This document shows positions 10,916 through 20,239 of a stretch of 64,000 bases of DNA, in pieces (the first letter of the stretch is position 1; each line of letters starts with the position of its first letter). A program made the translations under genes and the position numbers. Under the pieces are notes generated by a model that saw only the letters and a list, made by a program, of their open reading frames with translations, searched no databases and was not told the origin of the DNA. This stretch comes from Spongiibacteraceae bacterium (lineage in GTDB: Bacteria > Pseudomonadota > Gammaproteobacteria > Pseudomonadales > Spongiibacteraceae), in the NCBI GenBank assembly GCA_002710725.1, contig PAKT01000092.1, positions 278 through 64,277 on the forward strand. The letters are read 5' to 3'.

Positions 10916-11305
10916 ATGAGAAATCTGTCTGGAATAGAGCAGTGCGAAGCGGCTCTTGAGCGCCTACTAAACGAAACACCATATAACAAAGATTTCGTTG
11001 GCGTGGAAAAAACAGATATAACCCCTGCTATGGTTAGCGTTGAGGCGGGTTACGATAAGGGTTACCTCAAGCGGAGCAGGCAGGCTCACATGCCTCTTAT
11101 AGCTCAGATAGACAGATTGAGGGCGCCCAAAAAGGCTAGTAAGTCCAGTGCGCAGCGCCTTAGTAAGGCTCTCAGCGCAGCGGATAAGGCCAAGGCTAAT
11201 GAAGCTGCTTTAAAAGACACGCTGGATAAAGTTCTTGCTCAGAACCTAATGCTTGTGGAAAGGGTTCGAGAGCTAGAGAAAGCACTACATATGTATGGGG
11301 AATGA
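10916..11305 (+). CDS. Small helical/coiled-coil protein, GinD/TnpC-like
   Basis: 129 aa, AGAGGA RBS, HTH-like VSVEAG segment then coiled coil; fourth gene of recombinase operon. Confidence 0.7.
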   Translation: MRNLSGIEQCEAALERLLNETPYNKDFVGVEKTDITPAMVSVEAGYDKGYLKRSRQAHMPLIAQIDRLRAPKKASKSSAQRLSKALSAADKAKANEAALKDTLDKVLAQNLMLVERVRELEKALHMYGE

Positions 11306-11513
11306 TTTGGATTTCCACCGTAAAACCCGTCTTTGAGCTTTCGTTGCGGCTATTTTAAATATAGTTTAATTCGAAGGTATTGTTTGCCAAATTTCCTGTG
11401 AAAAATTAGACTGATATTTAAATTAAGAATAATTTTTATTTTGTGCTGAGATGCAATTGGTTTAAAGAGGTACCTAGCTTAGGTGTTGCGGCCTATCAAA
11501 CTGGAGGTTGTAG

Positions 11514-11936
11514 GTGCTGAGTTATAGCAGTAGTAAACCGATAGGAGGCGTCCTAGAAAATTGGTGTTTGCACGATGCGTCAGGAGCGCTGAGCGCAGAA
11601 CAATGGGAGGCGTTCAGGGCGGCAAGCCCGGGGTGTCTGCCTGCAATAGTAACCGCAGAAGTCGTGGAAGATAAGCTAAACCGCTGGCGGCCGGGAGACA
11701 CTATGCAGACATCAAAGATCGTGTATTTTAGCCTTGCCGACATGGTGATCGAAACCGAAAATAGGCTATACCGCTTGCAGGGTCCAGGCCGAATTTCAAA
11801 AACCCTTCCGCTCGATTGTGCTCATGAAGTGGGAGTTACCATATTCTTTCTTGGTAATTTAGAGAACATGGTAGTTGATCGCGGTTCGACCACAGGGCTT
11901 TACTATCCGGTGCAACCTGACTCCCCTGGGCAGTAG
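11514..11936 (+). CDS. Hypothetical protein (island-associated, possibly DUF6957-like)
   Basis: GGAGG RBS before GTG; D..RW..G....TS...IETEN..Y.L.G pattern. Confidence 0.55.
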   Translation: MLSYSSSKPIGGVLENWCLHDASGALSAEQWEAFRAASPGCLPAIVTAEVVEDKLNRWRPGDTMQTSKIVYFSLADMVIETENRLYRLQGPGRISKTLPLDCAHEVGVTIFFLGNLENMVVDRGSTTGLYYPVQPDSPGQ

Positions 11937-12175
11937 TGTACTCAAACCGCTATGACAAAAAGAGCATGCACCGCAAAACATTCAGGCTCACCGAGCAACA
12001 GGAGGCATGGGTGAAAGCGCACATCCGACACCTTATTCGGCAAGACCGGGAATCCCAGCAGCGTCTTGTTCAGCTTAGGAAGGCCCTTAAGCAGGGTGAG
12101 GCCAGTGGCAGGCCTCGGCCTCTCGATATGTCTGGGGTTAAAGCCGCCGGCCGCGAAGGGGGGCGCGTCAAGTAG
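11936..12175 (+). CDS. ParD-like antitoxin, no adjacent ParE toxin
   Basis: IRHLIRQD...LRKALKQGEASG resembles ParD (CC2985-type) antitoxins; may be degenerate. Confidence 0.55.
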   Translation: MYSNRYDKKSMHRKTFRLTEQQEAWVKAHIRHLIRQDRESQQRLVQLRKALKQGEASGRPRPLDMSGVKAAGREGGRVK

Positions 12176-12187
12176 CTTATATCCCCC

Positions 12188-12520
12188 CTAAACAAACCTA
12201 GCCAGATACGCTTCCACCTCACGAGCGCCGCCTTGATTTTCAATGCAGTGCTCAGCCGGGGTCTTCCCGTCAAAGTAGAGGTTTGGGCTGGTCATCCAGA
12301 GGTAGGCGCGCTCTTCCCCGAGAAGGGCGAGTGCGTATCGATGAATGATCACAAAAACCACCAACTTTTCCAGCGGCATGGTTTTTAGCTCATCCATTGA
12401 TGAGATATGCAAAAACGCGATTCGGTCCTCTTCTGGGATGCCCCAGCGGTCTAATAGCGTAAATACGGCTTTGATTGCGACTGCTCTTCGATCTACGCCT
12501 TCATTATCTTTTGTCCCCAC
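12188..12520 (-). CDS. Xre/MbcA/ParS antitoxin-domain protein
   Basis: AYLWMTSPNLYFDGKTP...G..EVEAYL C-terminal motif; GGAGG RBS. Confidence 0.7.
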   Translation of the reverse strand: MGTKDNEGVDRRAVAIKAVFTLLDRWGIPEEDRIAFLHISSMDELKTMPLEKLVVFVIIHRYALALLGEERAYLWMTSPNLYFDGKTPAEHCIENQGGAREVEAYLARFV

Positions 12521-12724
12521 CGGCCTCCCTCCGACTTAGTGGTTCGCGTGTTATCAACAATAGTTGACGGTGCTTGTGGTTATCAAAGCACTGAAATCAA
12601 GCCTCCCTGTGAAACTAGGCAAGCCTTACGCAAAACTAGCAATTAAGCAACCCCTTGGCCATCCTTCTATTTGGAATTGTGGTATTTTCTAGTTCTAGGA
12701 GTTGTCATACCCCGAGGAAAAAGC

Positions 12725-13282
12725 ATGGGCGATATCGTAAAAAAGATAATCTATGTGGATATGGATCACGTTCTGTGCGATTACGAGGAAGCATGGGCTA
12801 GACAGCAGGCCTTGTTCCCCAATTTGGAATTCCCTCAAAGCCAGCCAGGAATGTATATCGGGATGAGCCCGCTACCTGGCGCACTCGAAGGCTATCGCTG
12901 GTTAAATGATCATCCAGCAACGGAGGTTTATATCCTTACAGCGCCATCGATCCACAATTCACATTGCTACTCTGAAAAGCGTGACTGGGTCGAAAAGCAT
13001 CTGGGGCTGTCTGCTGTGAAAAACCTAATCATCACACCCCATAAAAACCTGAACAAAGGGCATTACCTGATCGACGATATGGCATCTGGAAAAGGCCAGG
13101 ACGCCTTTGAGGGCTCCTTGATCCTTTTCGGCAGCGATCGGTTTCCTGATTGGTCATCAGTGCGCGCCTTCTTTGAAAAGGCTTTAATATCTGAGATTGG
13201 CGCAACCGAGGACTTTGCGCTCGACCAGGAAGATCGTGACTGGTTGAGAATGAAGCCTGTGGGTCGAGAAATACTGGACTGA
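12725..13282 (+). CDS. HAD-family 5'(3')-deoxyribonucleotidase (NT5C-like)
   Basis: YVDMDHVL, ILTAP, EKRDWV, YLIDD motifs; GAGG RBS before ATG 12725. Confidence 0.85.
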   Translation: MGDIVKKIIYVDMDHVLCDYEEAWARQQALFPNLEFPQSQPGMYIGMSPLPGALEGYRWLNDHPATEVYILTAPSIHNSHCYSEKRDWVEKHLGLSAVKNLIITPHKNLNKGHYLIDDMASGKGQDAFEGSLILFGSDRFPDWSSVRAFFEKALISEIGATEDFALDQEDRDWLRMKPVGREILD

Positions 13283-13321
13283 TGTACCGTAAATTCTAAT
13301 CGCCGCCCACGAGAGTTGTTG

Positions 13322-13861
13322 TTAGCTAAAGTCGCCGCCCTCTATCTTTTTTAGTGTGGCTATAACGCGCCGCCGACCCTCAAGTGATGCGCAGAGGTTA
13401 ATAGGTGGATGCCCGTCAAGTGCTTGAATGGGGGTCTCCATCCAGGCTCGCGCGCGGGTTGTGTCACCAAACACGCTATATGCTCGCTGTAGCACCTCAT
13501 CTTGGGAGCATGCTTCTGTTTCGGTCGGCGTATCAAAAATGGCTGATGGCACTTGAGAAATACGGCACTTAGCAACCCCGAAGTGCCATCCTTTAGTGAG
13601 CTCGTCAGTGACAACTGCAATTCGATCCAAATTTCCATCTCGAAAATAAGCCTGATACTCACGCCACACATCTTTGTTTGCGTAGAACGAAATATATCCG
13701 TCGACCTCCATGTCTACGCCGCGCGCATCCAGCACCCGGCCACCGTCGGAGATGGTATATCGGGCGCCGTAGGCATCTGGGAAAGATTTTGTCTGAAATA
13801 TCGTTCCCTTTGCATCAAGTCCATCCGGCAAGGGCGCATCGCAGCAGATTTCATCGTACAT
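13322..13861 (-). CDS. Hypothetical N-domain fused to Xre/MbcA/ParS domain
   Basis: C-terminal VFGD...ARAWMETPIQALDGHPP..L....EGRRRV..L.KIE.G. Confidence 0.75.
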   Translation of the reverse strand: MYDEICCDAPLPDGLDAKGTIFQTKSFPDAYGARYTISDGGRVLDARGVDMEVDGYISFYANKDVWREYQAYFRDGNLDRIAVVTDELTKGWHFGVAKCRISQVPSAIFDTPTETEACSQDEVLQRAYSVFGDTTRARAWMETPIQALDGHPPINLCASLEGRRRVIATLKKIEGGDFS

Positions 13862-13921
13862 TCCGGTAGTCCCCTTATTTCATTGCCTGCAGGGTCACTC
13901 TTAATGTCGCACTCCAACAAA

Positions 13922-14704
13922 TTACTGCTGACGACTACCTGCGTCGAGGTGGATCAATTGATCCGGTTGGAACGTCGTCATTTCGCCGGGGTAACCCCGC
14001 TGGTTAGACACCACGCGAGTTTTCTCAATCATTGTGTCGTGATTATAGTGGTTGTGACCGAAGAGCCATAGATCGGGCTCATAGTCCCGCATCAGATCCC
14101 GGCAGTTGGCCTGAAAATACGCACTAAGCTCATCGACGGGGATGTTGTCGTTCCTAACTTCCGGGTCCGGCGGAAAGTGGGTGATGACCACCTTGCGAAC
14201 TACATCACTGCGCTCAAGCTCGCCTTTGAGCCACTCGCGACTCGCCTCGTAAAACCCGCGAGTGTCTTGTGGCGTCAGCGTGGCTCGGTCGAGACTGATT
14301 AACCGGTAGTCAGCGATCCCGCGCTCAGCGGCGCCCATGGCGCTTTCGGGGCTGTAGTCTGGATAGGCATCGAATCCCGACCAGAGTGTGCACCCACAAA
14401 ACAGAACGCCGTCAATGACGAGCGATTCTTGCTCTAGAAAGTGCGCGTTCCTTTGGCGCTTAAACATTTCGCGGGTGGTGTAGATGGTGGCCCAGTAATC
14501 GCGATGGTAGGCCTCGTGGTTGCCTGCGATAAGGATGACCTTTTTCTGTAGGTGGCTTTCAGCCAGAGAGAGGGCGTATTCGGCCGCCCTGCGCCCCACC
14601 GCAATATCACCAGCCAAGACAATGACGTCTGCTTCTGGCGGGATATCGGGTTCACCTGAACCGTCAAACTCAAGATGCAGGTCAGAGGCCAGAAATATTT
14701 TCAT
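13922..14704 (-). CDS. Calcineurin-like metallophosphoesterase
   Basis: SDLH, AGD, GNHE, THFPP, GHNH motifs. Confidence 0.88.
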   Translation of the reverse strand: MKIFLASDLHLEFDGSGEPDIPPEADVIVLAGDIAVGRRAAEYALSLAESHLQKKVILIAGNHEAYHRDYWATIYTTREMFKRQRNAHFLEQESLVIDGVLFCGCTLWSGFDAYPDYSPESAMGAAERGIADYRLISLDRATLTPQDTRGFYEASREWLKGELERSDVVRKVVITHFPPDPEVRNDNIPVDELSAYFQANCRDLMRDYEPDLWLFGHNHYNHDTMIEKTRVVSNQRGYPGEMTTFQPDQLIHLDAGSRQQ

Positions 14705-15184
14705 CTACCACGCGCTACCGCGAAAGTGCCCGTCAAGAGCTCGGCGAACGGTTTTGATACCTTCAGCTGAATCCATCATGTCGATGGCCTTTCGGCCATT
14801 AAAAGGTGCGTTTGAGTTAGGCTGGCGCACAAAGCCGTGGATATTTTCCGGGTTATTAAACGCCAGGCGTAGCGTGTCGTCGATGCCAATAATGTCGTAG
14901 ACACGAGCGGAGCAGTCTTCAACCTCACCGGAGGTTTCTGCTTCTAGAGGTGACCGGCCTATAATGGCGTCAACCTCTTCAACAGAGCATCCCCAGTGAT
15001 CCAGTATACTCAAAGCGAAGGTTAGATCCCGGCGCCACATCGCGTCTGATTTATCGCTGTCGATCACTTCTGTTCGTCCTTCAATAGTCCAGCACGCTAT
15101 CCCAGCTGGGAAACCGCGCGCTGCCAAAGTTAATAAGTTGTCCCTGAAATGCGTCCTGTCCTTTCTCTTCAGTGTTGTCGTCAT
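14705..15184 (-). CDS. Xre/MbcA/ParS antitoxin-domain protein
   Basis: FVRQPNSNAPFNGRKAIDMM...GIKTVRRALD C-terminal motif. Confidence 0.65.
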   Translation of the reverse strand: MTTTLKRKDRTHFRDNLLTLAARGFPAGIACWTIEGRTEVIDSDKSDAMWRRDLTFALSILDHWGCSVEEVDAIIGRSPLEAETSGEVEDCSARVYDIIGIDDTLRLAFNNPENIHGFVRQPNSNAPFNGRKAIDMMDSAEGIKTVRRALDGHFRGSAW

Positions 15185-15315
15185 CAGATAGTCCCCAATG
15201 CAGAGAGACTTATCGGAGCTAATAACAGGCTCGTAGGGGGCTCCAAGACCAAGGCGAAGCTACTTTGTTATCTGATTAATTATTATATGATTTCACCTGG
15301 GCCCCTGACTCGACC

Positions 15316-15942
15316 TCAGAAACTATCTGCCGGTCGAGTCAATGCTAAGTCAATGTAAGTGAGTTGTTTCTGGAATGGCTGATAACCAATGAGGAGGAAA
15401 CACCTACTGATGTATTCGACTTCAAAGGTCGTATCCCGCAGAACTTCTTGGAGCTTTTCTGGGGACAGGTCAGGTTCATCAGTGAAAATTACAACGCAAT
15501 AACCACCAGGGTATGGCCCGCCAAGCAATTTATTGAACTTGCCATCCTTCGCTGTAATAAGCCTTTGTAGTTCGCTGATAACGGATGTATCGTTCCAAGC
15601 GACAGCTACCGATAGCCAATCCCGCCACGTCGGTTCTGTCTGCTTCTTTAAGAATTTATCGCGTTGAATGGCCTGGCCATCGACGAGTTCGGTCACCTCG
15701 ATTGCGAGTTTTTTGCCATCGAGTGTCATTGCTTCCAAATCTGGCGGATCGTTGCCACGCCCCCGGAGCGAAAAATCCTTAAAGAATGTTCCACCAGACG
15801 CTTGTAGGGAGGACCATAGTTCTTGAATGACGCCCAGCTCCTCCAGGTCTCTGTCAGCATTCCAGTTGAAGTAACTGGCATGGTCTCGCTTCGCCAGTAT
15901 CCCCTTGCGCAACCTGAGTCGCAATTCATCATTAAGCGACAC
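15316..15942 (-). CDS. Hypothetical protein, putative PD-(D/E)xK-like nuclease
   Basis: E....NDPPDLE...AIEVTEL pattern; 2 bp downstream of hsdR. Confidence 0.55.
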   Translation of the reverse strand: MSLNDELRLRLRKGILAKRDHASYFNWNADRDLEELGVIQELWSSLQASGGTFFKDFSLRGRGNDPPDLEAMTLDGKKLAIEVTELVDGQAIQRDKFLKKQTEPTWRDWLSVAVAWNDTSVISELQRLITAKDGKFNKLLGGPYPGGYCVVIFTDEPDLSPEKLQEVLRDTTFEVEYISRCFLLIGYQPFQKQLTYIDLALTRPADSF

Positions 15943-15944
15943 GA

Positions 15945-18900
15945 TTATCTATCCGCTCGATCTCTTGTCGATCGGGTGGTGGTTGCAGCCTCCGCAACCA
16001 CCCGTCTCAAAAAAGCATCCCGCATCCGATCAAAAAGGAATCCACGAGCCTGATCGTTTCCTACAAGCACGTTGAACAGGTCTTCATCCCGTTCTCGACG
16101 ATCGATCAGTAGGTCCAGTGCCTTGTCGTCATAGACGGTCTTGAAGGCGTTGGGGTCGCTGTTCCGGGCTTGCTCAACCAGGACATCATCCGCTTCGGTT
16201 TCCGCCTCCACATCCTCCATCCAGCGAATATCACTCTCCTTAAAATTCAGTCCAAATTTCTCATTGAATTCCTGAATGATCTGGGAAAGTGGAGCAAGTA
16301 ATTCGCCAGGATTCCCACCGCCTATACCGCCTGTAGAAGGGTTGTGCAGTGGCTCAGCGTCTTGCTCATCGTCGAGAAGGATATGACCAGACTCAGTTAT
16401 ATCAGCACGGTATTGTGCCAATTCAATCTCATTGGATAGGTCTTCGTTTTCACCCTCTCCATAGAACGGCAGCGCCGGTAACAGATGCTTCACGAAGACA
16501 TAGAATTTCTCCAGATCCACATCAACGAACGGCGTTAGTTGAGTAACAAACTCGTACAGTTTTAAAAATGCGCGGATATTGTCCTTGAATGCCTGTCCTT
16601 CCGCTTGTGCGTCGTCACCTCTGGACGGGTTATAGCTGTCGTCCCAGCGCTTAGTAGTCGCCTGGATCAACGAATCCATGCGTCCAGTATCTCCTTTGTT
16701 GAGCTTTGGTTTAAAAAACAACTCAGCAAAGCCTTCAATATCCTGATCCCGGATCAAGCCATACTCCAGAATGCTGGTCTGCTGCGCATAGACGTGGTTC
16801 GGGTTGGTCACCTCATCAATGGATGTGATTTCATAATACGGCTTGAATGAATTATAGATTGTATCCCGGTCGTTGACGAAATCGACAACGCAGGTATCTT
16901 TCTTGTCCGGATGGCATCGATTAAGGCGTGAGAGTGTCTGTACGGCGGCAATCCCGGTCAGCACCTTGTCCACATACATCGTGTGTAGGAGCGGCTGATC
17001 GAAGCCTGTCTGGTATTTCTCAGCTACAACCAGGACTTGATATTCACCCGTATCGAAACGATCTGGTGTTTTCGAATCTTCAAAGCCATTTAGCCCTGAT
17101 TCTGTATAGGATTCGTCTTGATCTTCTACGGTACCGGAAAAAGCTACCAGCGTTTTCATATCGCTGTAGCCTTGTTCATCCAAGTACTTCTGGAACGCAA
17201 GGTGATAGCGAACCGCGTGAAGGCGTGAGCGGGTAACAACCATCGCCTTGGCTTTTCCTTTGATTTTTCCTTTAGATAATACCTGTTCACGGAAATGCTC
17301 TACGATTATTGCCACTTTTTGATCTACGGCAGCTTCATGCAGTGAGGCAAATCTGGCGATCTGTTTTTTGCTCTTCGATTTATTGTGCTCAGGATCGTCA
17401 GGCGTCTTTTTAACGATCTCGTACAGTTCTTTGTAGCTGACGTAGTTCTTCAGCACATCAAGGATGAAGCCTTCTTCAATGGCCTGACGCATCGAATACA
17501 AGGTAAACGGCGCTGGCTCCCCGTTCTCATCTAAGCACCCAAACATTTCAAGCGTCTTGGGCTTTGGTGTCGCAGTGAAGGCATAGAAGCTTAGGTTTGA
17601 CTGCGGACCGCGAGCCTTAATTTGATTGGTTACCCAATCCTCCAATTCGTCGCCTTCAGACATCTCCGCGTCGCCCAGTGTCTTACGCAGCGCCCCGGCG
17701 GCCTTACCTGACTGAGAACTGTGAGCTTCGTCCACAATGACGGCGTAGTTCTTGTCTTCGAGTGACAGCCCCCGGCTATTTAATAACGCGCCGAAAGTTT
17801 GTAGGGTCGTTACAATGATGCGCGTATTATTTTTGAGAGCATCCCGTAGTTTGTCCGATTTGGATTTGTCGTCGCCACGGGTTATACACTCCACGACGCC
17901 TTTTTTTCGGTCAATATTTTGCACTGATGCTTGTAGCTGATCGTCGAGGTTTGTTCTGTCAGAAATGACGATTACGCCGTCAAAGATGGCTTTATTATCT
18001 GGGCCATGGAGGGTCGAAAGCTGGTGGGCCGACCATGAAATGGTGTTCGTTTTGCCTGACCCTGCTGAATGCTGATTTAAGTAATTCCGATGCCCTTTAG
18101 CGCTCTCTTCTACGAGTTTTCCGACACATCGCCATTGGTGATAACGGGGAAAGATCAGACGTCCGGTGCGCCAGTGATCAGTCTTTTCTTTCTTCTCAAG
18201 GATGATGAAATTCTGAAGAATGTTTAACCAGGCATCTTTCGGCCAGATTTTCTTCCATAGATAGCTAGTGCTGTAGTCTCCATCGCTCACCCTATTGCCC
18301 TTGCGGCCGTTGTTGCCCTGGTTGAACGGCAGAAAATACGTTTTGTCGCCATCGAGCTTGGTGGTCATATAGCACTCCGCGGTGTCGGCGGCGAAGTGAA
18401 CCAAGGCCCGTTGGTTAAAGGCAATCAGTGGCGTTTTGGCATTAGGCTTGCGATCCTTAATGTACTGCTTGATCGCATTCGTGGCCGTCTGCCCTGTGTA
18501 GGCGTTTTTCAGTTCGACTGTGGCCAGCGGCAGCCCGTTGACGAACAACACCACATCGATGGTCTGGTTGGTTTTGGGGTCAAAGCGAACTTGCTGCATG
18601 ACCCCCATTCGGTTGCGCTCATAGCGAGCTGCTACATCGGCATTGAGGCTGGTAGGTGGTGCGAACTGCACTAGCTTGTAGGTCACACCACGGTCGCGAA
18701 TGCCATTGCGGAGAATGTGCAGCATCCCTTCTTTCTGAATCTGCCGGATGATCTCAGCAATGACCTTCTCTTCGACCTTAGCGCCGTAGTGTCCGCAAAG
18801 CTTGCCCCATTCATCGGGCTGGGAATCCTGAATGTAGGACAGCAGAACTTTTGGGCACAAGGCTAATTCGACATCCCAATCTTTGGCCGGGCTGAGTTTG

Positions 18901-18968
18901 TTGTAGCCAGTGTCCACGAGGGACTGGCATAGGGCGCGCTCGTAAGCGGCTTCGTTGAGGCGAGTCAT
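15945..18968 (-). CDS. hsdR: Type I restriction enzyme R subunit
   Basis: DVVLFVNGLPLATVELK nuclease motif, HSAGSGKT, DEAH, FTATP, QTLSRLNR. Confidence 0.95.
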   Translation of the reverse strand: MTRLNEAAYERALCQSLVDTGYNKLSPAKDWDVELALCPKVLLSYIQDSQPDEWGKLCGHYGAKVEEKVIAEIIRQIQKEGMLHILRNGIRDRGVTYKLVQFAPPTSLNADVAARYERNRMGVMQQVRFDPKTNQTIDVVLFVNGLPLATVELKNAYTGQTATNAIKQYIKDRKPNAKTPLIAFNQRALVHFAADTAECYMTTKLDGDKTYFLPFNQGNNGRKGNRVSDGDYSTSYLWKKIWPKDAWLNILQNFIILEKKEKTDHWRTGRLIFPRYHQWRCVGKLVEESAKGHRNYLNQHSAGSGKTNTISWSAHQLSTLHGPDNKAIFDGVIVISDRTNLDDQLQASVQNIDRKKGVVECITRGDDKSKSDKLRDALKNNTRIIVTTLQTFGALLNSRGLSLEDKNYAVIVDEAHSSQSGKAAGALRKTLGDAEMSEGDELEDWVTNQIKARGPQSNLSFYAFTATPKPKTLEMFGCLDENGEPAPFTLYSMRQAIEEGFILDVLKNYVSYKELYEIVKKTPDDPEHNKSKSKKQIARFASLHEAAVDQKVAIIVEHFREQVLSKGKIKGKAKAMVVTRSRLHAVRYHLAFQKYLDEQGYSDMKTLVAFSGTVEDQDESYTESGLNGFEDSKTPDRFDTGEYQVLVVAEKYQTGFDQPLLHTMYVDKVLTGIAAVQTLSRLNRCHPDKKDTCVVDFVNDRDTIYNSFKPYYEITSIDEVTNPNHVYAQQTSILEYGLIRDQDIEGFAELFFKPKLNKGDTGRMDSLIQATTKRWDDSYNPSRGDDAQAEGQAFKDNIRAFLKLYEFVTQLTPFVDVDLEKFYVFVKHLLPALPFYGEGENEDLSNEIELAQYRADITESGHILLDDEQDAEPLHNPSTGGIGGGNPGELLAPLSQIIQEFNEKFGLNFKESDIRWMEDVEAETEADDVLVEQARNSDPNAFKTVYDDKALDLLIDRRERDEDLFNVLVGNDQARGFLFDRMRDAFLRRVVAEAATTTRSTRDRADR

Positions 18969-20239
18969 GCGGCCTCCCGGAGATCAATTTGGCCGGTGAC
19001 GGCAGCGGTAATGAGGGCGGAGCGGCGTTCTTTGAGAAGCGCGACGCTTTCTTCAGTCAGAGACACAAGGCGATCCATCTTGCTTGTCTCGCTTTCAATG
19101 TAGCGGACTATCTTTTCCACCTCTCCATTTGGAGGTAAGGGGAAACGGATGGACAGAAACTCTGGAGGTCGAACAGTTTTCCGAAGTCCTGAGTAAAAAG
19201 GCTTCAGGCCTTTAATATCATCGATATGAAGCAAAAGGTAGTACAAGTACTGCATAGCTAAGCGATCTTGACAGGTAAAAACGGAATAAGCGCCCGTAAT
19301 CATGCCGCCGAGATTGGAGAGTCCAACAGTTCGAGGGGTCTCATCAATGTCGAATAAGCAACAAACGAGATCGCCCGGCTCCACAGACTGGTACGCCTCA
19401 AAGGATTCAGGGAATTTTCCATGGTTTTCCGATGTGTCCCGATAAATCACACCACGCCTGGTCAAAGACAGTAGCTTGAAGGACTCCCACATTTTTCCAA
19501 CCAGGTTTTTCTTCAGTTTAAGGCTGCGTCTTAGCGCGACCACATCCCAATGACTTGGCACGTCGCCCACTGATGGCATTCCGGAATCACGCATCTGCAC
19601 ATTTGGATCAAGCCCCTTGGTGACGGCTTGTGTGATCAGCGCCTGACGCTTCTCTTTCAGCAGTTCGATGAAGCGGATCTTCTTCTCGATCAGGGCGTCG
19701 ATGCGGGTGGTTTCAGTGGAGACGTATTCAAATATAGCGCGTGCTTCGTTCTGGCTGGGCACAGGGAACCGAATCGATAAGAACTCAGGCGGTCGAATAG
19801 TCTTTCTAAGGCCCGAGTAAAAAGGCTTTAGACCCTTGGCATCGTCCAAATGAAGAAGTAACAGGTACAGGTAGTCTCGATACCAATCCGTCGCGCAGTG
19901 GAATACGGAATATGCACCAGTAATCATCCCATCAAAGGCAGAAAGACCAACGGTTCTCGGCGTTTCGTCTATGTCAAAGAGACATAGAACCAGATCGCCA
20001 TTTTGCACTGACTGGTATGTGTCAAACGATTCAGGGAATTTGCCTTTGTTCTCTGTGATGTCTCGCGGGATCACGCCCTGCTTGGTTAGCGACAGCAGCT
20101 TGAAATCGTCGGATCGCTTACCAACAAGGTGCTTTTTCAGACGGAGAAATCGTCGAGCTGCCGTAAGTTCCCAGTCGGCAGGAATCGAGCCAATCGACGC
20201 AATTCCAGAATCCTGTCTCGTACGAAGTGCTTGATTCAC
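18965..20239 (-). CDS. hsdS: Type I R-M specificity subunit with two near-identical TRDs
   Basis: Conserved LKEKRQALITQAVTKG and LITAAVTGQID helices; located between hsdM and hsdR. Confidence 0.92.
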   Translation of the reverse strand: MNQALRTRQDSGIASIGSIPADWELTAARRFLRLKKHLVGKRSDDFKLLSLTKQGVIPRDITENKGKFPESFDTYQSVQNGDLVLCLFDIDETPRTVGLSAFDGMITGAYSVFHCATDWYRDYLYLLLLHLDDAKGLKPFYSGLRKTIRPPEFLSIRFPVPSQNEARAIFEYVSTETTRIDALIEKKIRFIELLKEKRQALITQAVTKGLDPNVQMRDSGMPSVGDVPSHWDVVALRRSLKLKKNLVGKMWESFKLLSLTRRGVIYRDTSENHGKFPESFEAYQSVEPGDLVCCLFDIDETPRTVGLSNLGGMITGAYSVFTCQDRLAMQYLYYLLLHIDDIKGLKPFYSGLRKTVRPPEFLSIRFPLPPNGEVEKIVRYIESETSKMDRLVSLTEESVALLKERRSALITAAVTGQIDLREAA

